A stretch of 64,000 nucleotides of DNA from an uncultured Patescibacteria group bacterium (GCA_905478415.1 CAJQIG010000002.1:5573-69572); one strand, 5' to 3'; positions 49,179 to 58,608 are shown, counted from the first letter of the stretch. The notes: generated by a model from the letters alone, not told the origin. Numbers and translations are program-made.

Positions 49179-49703
49179 CTACTCTTCCCGTATCCATAAA
49201 TACTGAAACTCTTTTCGAGCTCTAAATAAGTCTGATTCAATGGCTTTACAACTTCGGCCGCATCTCGATGCAATCTCAGCAACCTTAAGTTTATCAATGT
49301 ACTTTTGTTGTAAGAGCTCACCCGATTCCCGCTTCATTTTAGAAAGAACAGAAGCTACTTTTTCAGACACATCATCTGCATCGTGCACATGGGAGATCAT
49401 GAATGAATCAACCAATGGGAAGGTCTTTAAAGCCTTCTTTGCATATTTTTTTCGATAATAATCAGCAATTTCATGACGCAAGACTGCGTTCATCCACGTC
49501 CACAGCGAAGATTTTCCACGAAATAATCCAATTTGCTTCATGCAGTTTATAAACGTTTCTTGCACCAGTTCTTCGGCCTCGGCTTTATCAGAGACACGCA
49601 GCTGGGCTACAACAAGTAAACGATCAAAGTATGTAGTAAACCAAGTCGCAACAGCTCGTTGTTCACCGTTTTGAAGACCAGTAATAAGTTTTGCCTCTTG
49701 CAT
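49179..49703 (-). CDS. RNA polymerase ECF-type sigma-70 factor
   Basis: Region 2 EELVQETFINCMKQIGLFRGKSSLWTWMNAVLRHEIADYYRKK and region 4 LKVAEIASRCGRSCKAIESDLFRARKEF. Confidence 0.8.
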   Translation of the reverse strand: MQEAKLITGLQNGEQRAVATWFTTYFDRLLVVAQLRVSDKAEAEELVQETFINCMKQIGLFRGKSSLWTWMNAVLRHEIADYYRKKYAKKALKTFPLVDSFMISHVHDADDVSEKVASVLSKMKRESGELLQQKYIDKLKVAEIASRCGRSCKAIESDLFRARKEFQYLWIREE

Positions 49704-49800
49704 GTATTTCAGATACTTTCATATAGTAGAGATACTCTAGGTGAAATGTTCAATCGCCTGGGGTAGTAAAGAAAGTTAAGTTACTATATAATACCATTAC

Positions 49801-50151
49801 ATGAAGCTTCAGTTGATACCACAAGCCTACGCTCAATGTTCCCCCGGAAGTGGAGGCGTTAATCTTGGTGACTGCCTCAAGCTTTCTGATAGTACTCCTG
49901 TCAGCGAAGTGTATAGCAACCCCGCTTTTCTCGTTAATTTAGTTGTCAGAAATTTGTTTATTGTTGGTGGCATTGTCCTAGTCATCATGTTCTTTCTAGC
50001 TGGATACAAATTTATTCTTAAAGGCAAGGAAGGTGTCCAAGAAGCACAATCACTTGCAACTAATGCCTTAATTGGCTTCATTATTATGTTTGCAGCCTAC
50101 TGGATTGTACAAATTATTGCTCTCATTACTGGAGCTGACATAGCACTGTAA
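49801..50151 (+). CDS. VirB2/TrbC-like pilin-family protein, paralog 1 of a 9-gene tandem array
   Basis: Signal/anchor. C-terminus LFIVGGIVLVIMFFLAGYKFILKGKEGVQEAQSLATNALIGFIIMFAAYWIVQ: TM-loop-TM. Confidence 0.5.
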   Translation: MKLQLIPQAYAQCSPGSGGVNLGDCLKLSDSTPVSEVYSNPAFLVNLVVRNLFIVGGIVLVIMFFLAGYKFILKGKEGVQEAQSLATNALIGFIIMFAAYWIVQIIALITGADIAL

Positions 50152-50156
50152 ACCGC

Positions 50157-50615
50157 ATGAAAATTCGTTCTCATTTCACCACTGTCATCTCTACCGCTTC
50201 TTTTTTTCTACTCGCCCTTATCCCCCAACTTAGAATTGTTTCTGCCGTCTTTGCTCAAGATGATCCAATTGGAACAATCGATAAACCAGAAGCTGTTGCA
50301 AACTTTGACAACGCTGGCGGAATTGGTGAAGGTGATATTGGAGTACTGTTTTTCTTCTCAAGAATGATTAGCTATATCACCATTGTTGCAGGTATTTGGT
50401 CATTCTTTAACTTGATCTTGGCTGGATATACCTATGTAACTTCTTCAGGAAACGCACAAAGTCACACCACCGTTCGAGATAAAATCACCATGAGCATCTT
50501 GGGAATGGTTTTGATTGTCACTGTCTATGCCATCGCCGGTATCATTGGCACTATTTTCTTTGGCAACTCCCTTTACTTCCTCAATCCAACCATCGAAGGA
50601 CCGGCTGCGATATAA
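50157..50615 (+). CDS. Pilin-family paralog 2
   Basis: Signal peptide. ITIVAGIWSFFNLILAGYTYVTSSGNAQSHTTVRDKITMSILGMVLIVTVYAIAG. Confidence 0.5.
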   Translation: MKIRSHFTTVISTASFFLLALIPQLRIVSAVFAQDDPIGTIDKPEAVANFDNAGGIGEGDIGVLFFFSRMISYITIVAGIWSFFNLILAGYTYVTSSGNAQSHTTVRDKITMSILGMVLIVTVYAIAGIIGTIFFGNSLYFLNPTIEGPAAI

Positions 50616-50630
50616 CCAAGGTACTGATTT

Positions 50631-51149
50631 ATGAAAAAACTTCTCTCTCAAACACTCATTTTTGCCATCATCTTTAGTAGTTTTTTACTGTTTACTCCTC
50701 AAAAAATTCAAGCCCAAGAGTGTTCTTATACCAGTCAGTGTGTTAATAACCAAAGCTGCTTATGTATCAGTGGTAGCATTTGCTTTCTAACTCCCTCGCC
50801 TTGTGGCTCCGCAATTATTGGAGAAGTGGCACCACCTCAAGGTGTAGCTGCTTATAATGAAGAAGCCGGTGGTGAAATTGGTCTCTTTAAGTTCGCCTCG
50901 AGGATTATTTCTCTCGCCTCTATTATCGGTGGTATTATTGTCATGGTGAACTTTGTTTCTGCTGGCTTTACCTATGTCACTTCGGCTGGAAATGCGAGCG
51001 CTCACGAAAAAGTTAAAGATAAAATCACCTGGGGATTAGTAGGACTAGCAATAATTGCTGCCTTCTACACCATTGCTGGTCTAGTCGGCCTCTTATTCTT
51101 TGGAAATGCAGGGGCTATCTTAAATCCAACTCTTGGTGGATCAGTGTAA
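50631..51149 (+). CDS. Pilin-family paralog 3 with a Cys-rich N-terminal insert
   Basis: Signal peptide, then QECSYTSQCVNNQSCLCISGSICFLTPSPCGS, then the module FVSAGFTYVTSAGNASAHEKVKDKITWGLVGLAIIAAFY. Confidence 0.5.
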   Translation: MKKLLSQTLIFAIIFSSFLLFTPQKIQAQECSYTSQCVNNQSCLCISGSICFLTPSPCGSAIIGEVAPPQGVAAYNEEAGGEIGLFKFASRIISLASIIGGIIVMVNFVSAGFTYVTSAGNASAHEKVKDKITWGLVGLAIIAAFYTIAGLVGLLFFGNAGAILNPTLGGSV

Positions 51150-51208
51150 AAGTACAGAACTTGAAGAAACGAGTACAAAAGAAGTAATAATTAGGATATA
51201 CTATACTT

Positions 51209-51577
51209 ATGTTAACGCTCATAGCACAATTTGGTGGAGGATTTGACACTGGCGATGCCCCTTTTTCTGAAGGTGTTGAAACCAATGAAGGAGCTCTTAC
51301 TAATCTAGAATCCTTTATTTCAAATATTATCGGAGTGTTAACTGTTTTTGGCGCAATTTTCTTTATTGTCTACTTTTTAATCGCTGCTCTTGCTTGGGTT
51401 ACCAGTGGAGGAGATAGTGGAAAACTGCAAAACGCCAGAGAACGCATGCTGCATGGGGTGCTTGGACTCATTATCTTAGTTGCCGCATATGGAATAGTTG
51501 GACTCATTGGATCTATCATTGGCTTTGATATCTTAAGTCCAGCTGAAAAATTACTTGAGTTAGCGCCAACACCATAA
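51209..51577 (+). CDS. Pilin-family paralog 4
   Basis: LIAALAWVTSGGDSGKLQNARERMLHGVLGLIILVAAYG. No obvious signal peptide in the ORF as tracked. Confidence 0.45.
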   Translation: MLTLIAQFGGGFDTGDAPFSEGVETNEGALTNLESFISNIIGVLTVFGAIFFIVYFLIAALAWVTSGGDSGKLQNARERMLHGVLGLIILVAAYGIVGLIGSIIGFDILSPAEKLLELAPTP

Positions 51578-51579
51578 TT

Positions 51580-52068
51580 ATGAAAAAACACATCACCACA
51601 ATTATCACCGCTACAACCACTTTTGGAGTAACACTACTTGCTCCTCTTAAAGCCTTTGCTGCTATTAATAATCCTGTCCTTCCCGAAAACTTAGGAGGAA
51701 CTGCAGATTCTTCTGAAGCAGCAACAAGTGGAACTGTATTTGTACAATATCTCGTCTCTCTTTGGGAATCTATGATAAACATTGGAGGGCTTTTAGTGCT
51801 CTTCTATTTTGCCTGGGGCAGCATTGAATGGATTACTGCTGGTGGCGATAGTGGAAAACTCGAGAAGGCACGTCTCCGAATGATGCATGCCATAATTGGC
51901 CTACTGATTCTAGTTTCAAGCTTTGTTATCCTCGGCTACATTAGCACAGCAATGTTTGGTGAAGAATTCCAAATCCTTAATCTTTCATTCCCGACTCCAG
52001 GAGACGCTGCTGGAGCAGCTGGCGGAGGTGGTAGTGGAGGCGGAGGCGGTGGTAATAACGTAATGTAG
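51580..52068 (+). CDS. Pilin-family paralog 5 with a Gly-rich C-terminal tail
   Basis: Signal peptide. WGSIEWITAGGDSGKLEKARLRMMHAIIGLLILVSSF. C-terminus AGAAGGGGSGGGGGGNNVM. Confidence 0.5.
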   Translation: MKKHITTIITATTTFGVTLLAPLKAFAAINNPVLPENLGGTADSSEAATSGTVFVQYLVSLWESMINIGGLLVLFYFAWGSIEWITAGGDSGKLEKARLRMMHAIIGLLILVSSFVILGYISTAMFGEEFQILNLSFPTPGDAAGAAGGGGSGGGGGGNNVM

Positions 52069-52081
52069 TGGTAAAAATTTT

Positions 52082-52660
52082 ATGAAACTCGCACAAGTCA
52101 CACTCGATTTTGCACAAGAAGCAATAGATAAAGAAGTTCCTGGGACAGCTAACCTTGATGCTGCAAACCACGCATCTGGATTTGGTCCTCTCCTTGGTAG
52201 TATTTTTTCATTCGTAATGCTCATTGCAGCTATTCTGGTCATATTTTACCTGATTTGGGGAGCTTTCGAATGGATCACTTCTGCAGGTGACAAAGGAAAA
52301 CTTGAAAAAGCCAGGCAACGTATTACGGGCGCAATTTTAGGTATCGTGGTACTTGGTTCTGTTATAGCTATCTTTATGGTTGTCCAACAATTCTTAGGAA
52401 TTGAGGCCTTCACCTTTGTTGGTGCCAGTGGTGGCACTAGCAGCGGTGGCGGAGGTGGGGCGGCAGTGGCTGATGGTGCCTGTGTTGTTAATGGCTCTAT
52501 GCTCAATGACGGTGGTGCAGGAAATTACTGTACTCAAGGAGCAGCTATCGTTCGTTGTTTTCCTCCTGAGGGAAGCTATGCCAGCAATCACTATAACCCC
52601 TGCTCTTGTGTAGATGGATCACAGTACGAACGACCAGGCTACAACTTTGGTTCGTGCTAA
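52082..52660 (+). CDS. Pilin-family paralog 6 with a Cys-rich C-terminal extension
   Basis: WGAFEWITSAGDKGKLEKARQRITGAILGIVVLGSV followed by a ~90-aa extension containing seven Cys. Confidence 0.5.
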   Translation: MKLAQVTLDFAQEAIDKEVPGTANLDAANHASGFGPLLGSIFSFVMLIAAILVIFYLIWGAFEWITSAGDKGKLEKARQRITGAILGIVVLGSVIAIFMVVQQFLGIEAFTFVGASGGTSSGGGGGAAVADGACVVNGSMLNDGGAGNYCTQGAAIVRCFPPEGSYASNHYNPCSCVDGSQYERPGYNFGSC

Positions 52661-52752
52661 TAAACCAGCCAAAGAAATTGGCTTGACTATTTCTCTGGAA
52701 CACAGGTATAATTGAAAGTATTAAGTTTGTAACTAAAGTAATAAGGAGAAGC

Positions 52753-53157
52753 ATGACAAACTCACTTAAAAAAATGGCAGCTTCAGCTGTCGCTACCGGA
52801 ACCGCTTATTTAACAGCCGTTTCACCAGTATTTGCTCAAATTGACGTAACTACCATCGAACCAGGAAAAGGTTTCGCAACTAACATCGGTGATGTTATTA
52901 ATGCTGTTCTCTCTTTTGTCATGGTAATCGCTGCCCTCTTGGTATTTATGTACCTTATCTGGGGTGGTATCGAATGGATCACATCGGGTGGAGACAAAGG
53001 TAAGACTGAATCTGCACGTAACAAAATTACTGCAGCTATCTTGGGACTTATCGTTCTTGCTGCTTCATATGCAATCCTCTTAATTGCTCTTAACTTCATC
53101 GGGTTTGAAAACCTTGGAGATGCTTTCAGCAATGTTAAAAGAATTAATGGTAACTAA
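52753..53157 (+). CDS. Pilin-family paralog 7
   Basis: Good SD aAGGAGaagcATG. Signal peptide. WGGIEWITSGGDKGKTESARNKITAAILGLIVLAASY. Confidence 0.55.
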   Translation: MTNSLKKMAASAVATGTAYLTAVSPVFAQIDVTTIEPGKGFATNIGDVINAVLSFVMVIAALLVFMYLIWGGIEWITSGGDKGKTESARNKITAAILGLIVLAASYAILLIALNFIGFENLGDAFSNVKRINGN

Positions 53158-53184
53158 TAGATAGTTATCTTAGACTTGAAACCG

Positions 53185-53215
53185 AAGGCCTCGCACTCTG
53201 TGCGAGGCTTTTTGG
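53185..53215 (+). terminator. Rho-independent terminator inside the pilin array
   Basis: aaggcctcgcac-tctg-tgcgaggctt followed by tttgg. Confidence 0.8.
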
Positions 53216-53242
53216 ATTCAAAAACAAACTTAGTAATATCGA

Positions 53243-53797
53243 GTGTTTACCAAATCTGATATACTAAGCCTCACTCAAATGGAAGACATGCTAAAAAAAT
53301 TACTCATACTTTTTATCACACTAGGTGCTATCGTGCTCTTGTCAAATCCAGCCTTAGGAAAAGCTAAGACTACAAATGATGTTCTTGTTCAACAAGACGG
53401 TGATATTTTGTTCTTAACAACTACCGAAGCTACCAATTCAGCAAACACTACTAAAACAACCACTCAACAATCATTTATTTCTCTTGAAAAAAGCTGGATT
53501 ACGATTCCAAAAGGATTTGCAACTGATGTTGGCACGCTTCTAAATGCCATTCTCAGTTTTGTTATGCTCCTTGGTTCTTTGTTAGTTTTTACACAACTTA
53601 TTTTAGCTGGATTATACTGGATCACTTCTGGTGGAGATAAGGGGAAGGTCGATGCTGCTCGTCAAAGACTCATGGCTGCAATTATTGGTTTGATTATTCT
53701 AGCCTCAAGTTTTGCTATTCTAACAATTGGACTTAATTTTCTTGGCTTTGAATCACTTGATGAAGTATTTAAAAACACTAAAACAATCGCTCCATAA
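53243..53797 (+). CDS. Pilin-family paralog 8
   Basis: Probable real start at MLKKLLILFITLGAIVLLSNPALG (~53288). LAGLYWITSGGDKGKVDAARQRLMAAIIGLIILASSF. Confidence 0.5.
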   Translation: MFTKSDILSLTQMEDMLKKLLILFITLGAIVLLSNPALGKAKTTNDVLVQQDGDILFLTTTEATNSANTTKTTTQQSFISLEKSWITIPKGFATDVGTLLNAILSFVMLLGSLLVFTQLILAGLYWITSGGDKGKVDAARQRLMAAIIGLIILASSFAILTIGLNFLGFESLDEVFKNTKTIAP

Positions 53798-53831
53798 TTT
53801 GGTATACTAAAAAAGTAGAAAAATTATATTT

Positions 53832-54266
53832 ATGTCAACAAAAGCAGCTAAATTCCTTAACAAGTTCTCAAGCTTTGTGGCTGCTCTTGCTTTTTACCTA
53901 ACAGTGGCCACTCCAGCTCGAGCTCAAACACTTACCTGGAGCGGTGTCTGTGTCGGTACTACCGAAAACTCTACTGATGTAGCAACACTACAAGGCCTTG
54001 AATGCTTGATTGCGAATGTCTTTACCGTCATCATTACAATCATTGGACTAGCTGGATTTGTCATGTTTGTAGTTGGAGGAATTACTTGGATGCTTTCAGG
54101 TGGTGATTCTGGTAAGGTTCAATCTGCTCGTGGTTCGATGACCTATGCGGTGGTTGGTATGGTTGTGGCACTGAGTGCCTTCATCATCCTCAACTTGATA
54201 GCTTCATTTACTGGAATTAGTTTGATTACTCAATTTAGAATTCCCGTTGCTGGCGACGGTACCTAA
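53832..54266 (+). CDS. Pilin-family paralog 9
   Basis: Signal peptide. VGGITWMLSGGDSGKVQSARGSMTYAVVGMVVALSAF. Confidence 0.5.
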   Translation: MSTKAAKFLNKFSSFVAALAFYLTVATPARAQTLTWSGVCVGTTENSTDVATLQGLECLIANVFTVIITIIGLAGFVMFVVGGITWMLSGGDSGKVQSARGSMTYAVVGMVVALSAFIILNLIASFTGISLITQFRIPVAGDGT

Positions 54267-54291
54267 ATTAAGTTCCACCAGGCAAAAGTGA

Positions 54292-57200
54292 TTGTTGAAT
54301 CACGTAATTCACGGTATACTACTGGTTGTGAACATCTTCAAGAAAATAGCTTCTATCATTTTCCTTTCTGCAGTTCTTTTTACCAGACCTCAAAAAATAT
54401 TTGCTGCCGTTGGTACCCATCTTGGGGCAGGTGATGTTGGCACACAAGTAAGTGTTATGAATGGTGTGATTGGAAATCGCCCTGGATTTCCCGTAACAAT
54501 TATGGCAGATATGGGTCTTTCTGACGACTCTTTAGGACAACTTGCAGCTGCCGCTAACAATAATGGACTCTTTCCAATTGTCCGTATTAACTATGCCTGT
54601 ACTGTAGCTTCTGACGAAGCTATCGCAATGGTAAATCGAGTTAAGGCTGCCTTTGGCAATGATGTCATCATCACTTTTGGAAACGAGGTAAACAACCAAA
54701 GCTCGGATAATGCTGGGTGTACCGATTGGAATAGATATGCAGCTAACTACAACTCCGTAAAGGGATTAGGAAATATTTCACCTTCTGCCCTTGATTGGTA
54801 CATGGGAGATCCAGCCTACAACGCCCAACTCTTTTTAGATTCTTCTGGCATGAATGGAGCCTACTCGGCTGCAGGCATACGAACCGCCAATGCCTACGGT
54901 TGTATTGGTGGCACCAGCAGTGACTGCGATCCAGCTGGTACTGACACCCAATCAATCGGTGTCCAGGGAACTAGTGGCAAAGAACTCTATATTACTGAAT
55001 TTTCCCTTTCTCCTGGTGGCGGTGATCCTCCCGATTCAAATTTAGCTAACGTTCTTGACTTCATTCAAAACCGTTCTGGCGAAATGAATGCAGCCCAGAT
55101 TACTCCACTAGTCAGAAATGTCTGTTCTGATCTGCAGAGTGAGGGAGAATGGCTTGTCTACGTTGAAGGTGAACTTTTTACTTGGGGTGGCACAAAAGTA
55201 GACCCCGACTGTAGCGCGATTGCTGGTACCAACGGGAGTAATGGCTATGACCTAAGTGATTTTCCAGAATACGATACCAGCCCCGATCTTTTTTACTTAC
55301 AACCAATATCAGGAATGCTCCCCCCAACCAGAAACGTAGACCTTATTCGCAAAGATTTAACTAGTTCAGGCTACGAAGCCTACTGTGCTGCCGAAAATAT
55401 TGAAATAAAACCTCGATACAATACCTCTAGTCTCATTGATAGATATTTAGAACTGTACCCAGATGGAATTAACTTGGCTGTTGACTCTGTCGCTTCAGCA
55501 GATTTTACCAATGCAAAAATTCCTATTTGGAGAGATGTCGAAGGCACAAAGTTTTTAATGAGCTCTCTTGAAGAATTCTTTAGTTTCAAAGACTTATACA
55601 CACAAGATCCAAATTATGCTGAGCTGAACTCTGCCCCAATCAACTCACTCTTAAGCCAAGAACAACGGTGTGTCCAATCCGCTCGAACTCTGTTGGCGAC
55701 CGAGCTTATGTGCGAAAAATTACTCAATCCTGGAGAGTGTGCACTACTTGCCCAGGCAGTACCCACTGGTGGAACTGTTGAAGAAGTCAGAACCATGATG
55801 CATGAGCTTATGCCAACCTACCGGGATGGTGGTATTTCAAGAGAATGTCGCAGCCTCTACTCTGCTGACCTTGAGGAAACACCAGCTATCAAAAAATTTA
55901 AAACAGCCTTACAAAGTTTTCCTCTGGAAATCAACAGATCGTACCGACTTGCCTTTTTAGTTGTTTCGATCGAAATGAAAGAACCCCTTCTCAGTGGAGA
56001 CGTGGCCAGTAAAATTTTTAACTTCTTTACAAAAAAAACTGAAGATTTAATTCCTAAACATGAGGTCCTGGTTATTGCGTTCAAAATTCCAGATATTGCA
56101 ACAAATAAAGGTGGTGGTGATGACTCAGGAAGTGTCTATTGGAATGACCCTTCGTACCTCACTCGCAACATTCTCCTTACCCAAGATCAAATTAGAAACC
56201 TAGAAGATGTCCGTCGTCCTCAAAAACGTAGTGAAATTGCTCAACTAGCAGAAGCTGCAAAGAATCAAAATGATGGTAGTCGTATTTTTTGCTATGAAGG
56301 CAACTTTCCAGATGGAGACGGCACTCCAGCTTGTAAAAATGAGCTTGGTAAAGCGGTCGTTGATATCGTCAATGGAGCCGCCTATGGCTGTGATGACAAA
56401 GAGACTGAGCCCGTAGCACAAATTAATGACTATGCTGGTCTGAGAGATCCTAAAGATCCTTATGGAAAAATCTATATCGACCAATGGGGAAATTCCCTCC
56501 TCCTTAACCTCTTTGGAGCAGGAAGTAATGCTGATGTAACGCATGTAGCTGATAATAACTACATGGACCCTCAAAAAGCTAAAACTTCAGACCCCTGGTA
56601 TGAAAAAATAAAAACACAATGGACTATTAACCCAACTACCTGGCCACCATCCGAAAATAAAACTATTGCTAACTACTACCTTGTTTACCCAATGGGCTTC
56701 GAATTAAAAGAAATAGAAGCTGTCATTAAAAACACCTTCTTTACTGCAGAACAGATTGCCCAAATCGAAGAAACAGAGGATATCTTAGATGGTTTTCCTA
56801 TTCAAGGTACTCAAATTGGTGTAGCTGGTGGAACTGCAACTTGGGACTTTCCTGACCCAGACAAAAACTGTGGTACAGATGCTTCGCCCAGCCCATGTAC
56901 AGAGTACGTCTCAATCCCTATCGAAACAGAAAATAAGGGAGTTGGTTTCTTAGGAGCAAATCTTGGATTTTGGCTGCGTCAGGTTCAAAGATCACTCAAC
57001 TCATCAGCATCAGCAACTCACAACTATATTACTTCGTGTAAAACTCTTGAACAATTTTTGTTAGGTCAATGTGCAGGAGGTATTGCAAGTGGAGATCCTT
57101 CTTCTTCAAACTTTGATTATGACACTTGTGGGTACAAGCTCGGTACCGGCTACTGTGCTCCCGATAATCTTGCCCCCTACTTTGCTGAAGCCGGCTTTGC

Positions 57201-57660
57201 TAACCCTCAACTCGAGGCAGACAAAGCCTCACGGATCTGTCAAAAAGAAAGTGGAAGTAGTCCCTATGCCTTTAATGATCGCTGCATAGAAGGCACTTCT
57301 GTTGACTATAGCGTGGGTCTCTTCCAGATTAATATGTTACCTCGCTGTCCTGGCTCTTTCTTAGATGGTAGCGGCAATCCAGATACTTCTGCAGCTTACG
57401 ATGCCTATGACCTTCCTTGTACTATTACTGACCAAGTTAATCTGAACGAATGCGCCCTTTCAAAGCTTGCCATTGGCTCATATGCACAACCTCGAATCAA
57501 CGCTAATTTACCAGCTGGAGCCTCTCCAATTCAACAAGACACCTTGGCAGAGGAAGCTATTAAAGCTGATAACAATATCAAAGCTATGGTACAACTGAGA
57601 AAAGCCTGGGGTAACTGGCAACCTTGGACAAATGGGGCAGGCAACTGCAGTATCGAGTAA
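54292..57660 (+). CDS. Secreted 1122-aa bifunctional cell-wall hydrolase: N-terminal GH clan-A-like glycosidase domain plus C-terminal VirB1/SLT-like lytic transglycosylase domain
   Basis: Signal/anchor. ITFGNEVNN (acid/base NE-motif) and YITEFS (nucleophile TE) are spaced ~110 residues apart, as in clan GH-A. C-terminal ICQKESGSSPYAFN...YSVGLFQINMLP matches the SLT catalytic ES...GLxQ[IV] signature. Confidence 0.55.
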   Translation: MLNHVIHGILLVVNIFKKIASIIFLSAVLFTRPQKIFAAVGTHLGAGDVGTQVSVMNGVIGNRPGFPVTIMADMGLSDDSLGQLAAAANNNGLFPIVRINYACTVASDEAIAMVNRVKAAFGNDVIITFGNEVNNQSSDNAGCTDWNRYAANYNSVKGLGNISPSALDWYMGDPAYNAQLFLDSSGMNGAYSAAGIRTANAYGCIGGTSSDCDPAGTDTQSIGVQGTSGKELYITEFSLSPGGGDPPDSNLANVLDFIQNRSGEMNAAQITPLVRNVCSDLQSEGEWLVYVEGELFTWGGTKVDPDCSAIAGTNGSNGYDLSDFPEYDTSPDLFYLQPISGMLPPTRNVDLIRKDLTSSGYEAYCAAENIEIKPRYNTSSLIDRYLELYPDGINLAVDSVASADFTNAKIPIWRDVEGTKFLMSSLEEFFSFKDLYTQDPNYAELNSAPINSLLSQEQRCVQSARTLLATELMCEKLLNPGECALLAQAVPTGGTVEEVRTMMHELMPTYRDGGISRECRSLYSADLEETPAIKKFKTALQSFPLEINRSYRLAFLVVSIEMKEPLLSGDVASKIFNFFTKKTEDLIPKHEVLVIAFKIPDIATNKGGGDDSGSVYWNDPSYLTRNILLTQDQIRNLEDVRRPQKRSEIAQLAEAAKNQNDGSRIFCYEGNFPDGDGTPACKNELGKAVVDIVNGAAYGCDDKETEPVAQINDYAGLRDPKDPYGKIYIDQWGNSLLLNLFGAGSNADVTHVADNNYMDPQKAKTSDPWYEKIKTQWTINPTTWPPSENKTIANYYLVYPMGFELKEIEAVIKNTFFTAEQIAQIEETEDILDGFPIQGTQIGVAGGTATWDFPDPDKNCGTDASPSPCTEYVSIPIETENKGVGFLGANLGFWLRQVQRSLNSSASATHNYITSCKTLEQFLLGQCAGGIASGDPSSSNFDYDTCGYKLGTGYCAPDNLAPYFAEAGFANPQLEADKASRICQKESGSSPYAFNDRCIEGTSVDYSVGLFQINMLPRCPGSFLDGSGNPDTSAAYDAYDLPCTITDQVNLNECALSKLAIGSYAQPRINANLPAGASPIQQDTLAEEAIKADNNIKAMVQLRKAWGNWQPWTNGAGNCSIE

Positions 57661-57681
57661 TTGTTATCTCAAAAGTTGAGA

Positions 57682-58608
57682 TTAATTTCTGGAAATGTTT
57701 TTTGAAGGGTCGTAGTGAAGACCACCGGGGTTTTGGTTCTTTTTTCTCAACCCTGATTTTTTCTTTTTCTTAAGCGGAATTCCCTGTTTTTGTTTCTCGA
57801 CAGAAATTTCAACTTCTTTGTGCTGGTGCTTTTGCTGATGGGTAACTGGATCTGATTTAGATACTTTTACTGGTTGTGCTGGTCTAATTCGACGTGCTCC
57901 CATTCTCATCAACTGAGCAACTGCCTCAAAGGTAATAGCCGTGGCACTCAAAGACCGCATGTACTCTGTCTCTACATCAATAGCAGAAAGTAAGTTAGTG
58001 GCACTTTCAGTAGAAAATGAGATGCCCATACTATTGAGTAACACCAGTAAACACTCACTAATAGTCGAGTATCCAACCGAGTTTATATTTAGATTTCCGA
58101 GTTGAGAACCATTCTTTGAGAACGAAATTTTAGGAGTTTTTTCAAAAAGATCTTCATAGCCAAAGTATAGCTGTTCAAGCGATTCGAGTGAGTTTACTCC
58201 CACTAGTAAGAGTAAATCGCTTTCTGCTCCTGTATAAGAAAAATCAATCTGCTTATAATCGAGAGGTGTTACTCCTTTTTTGGGTTTAATAGTCAGGTAA
58301 AAACGACCTGTCTCTTCACCAATGTGAGAAACAACTTTATCGATTTTTGACTCATCATAATCGAAACTTAACAATAAATTTTGATTTCCAATTTCAGTCG
58401 CCACTTGATCTAAACCTGAAATAACTGATTGTGAAAGTTTTCGAGGAGCCAACAACTGTACTTCTTTACCTTCAGCTTGCATAACTTGTAGCAACGTTGA
58501 AACTGCAGCCAAGACATCAATGCTCGCATCTGGACCACAAATAATGGTAACTGTTTGCGCTTGTTCAAAGTAATTCCGAGCAGTTGAAAGTTGTGCTTGA
58601 TCTAACAT
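57682..58608 (-). CDS. Hypothetical protein with a basic C-terminal tail
   Basis: 308-aa ORF with a Lys/Arg-rich C-terminus. No convincing motif. Confidence 0.35.
   Translation of the reverse strand: MLDQAQLSTARNYFEQAQTVTIICGPDASIDVLAAVSTLLQVMQAEGKEVQLLAPRKLSQSVISGLDQVATEIGNQNLLLSFDYDESKIDKVVSHIGEETGRFYLTIKPKKGVTPLDYKQIDFSYTGAESDLLLLVGVNSLESLEQLYFGYEDLFEKTPKISFSKNGSQLGNLNINSVGYSTISECLLVLLNSMGISFSTESATNLLSAIDVETEYMRSLSATAITFEAVAQLMRMGARRIRPAQPVKVSKSDPVTHQQKHQHKEVEISVEKQKQGIPLKKKKKSGLRKKNQNPGGLHYDPSKNISRN

Noticed and set aside
50445-52754. Multiple 60-90-aa minus-strand ORFs inside the pilin array
   Set aside because: All are antisense to the plus-strand pilin-family genes, which have conserved paralogous protein sequences and are therefore the real reading frames.
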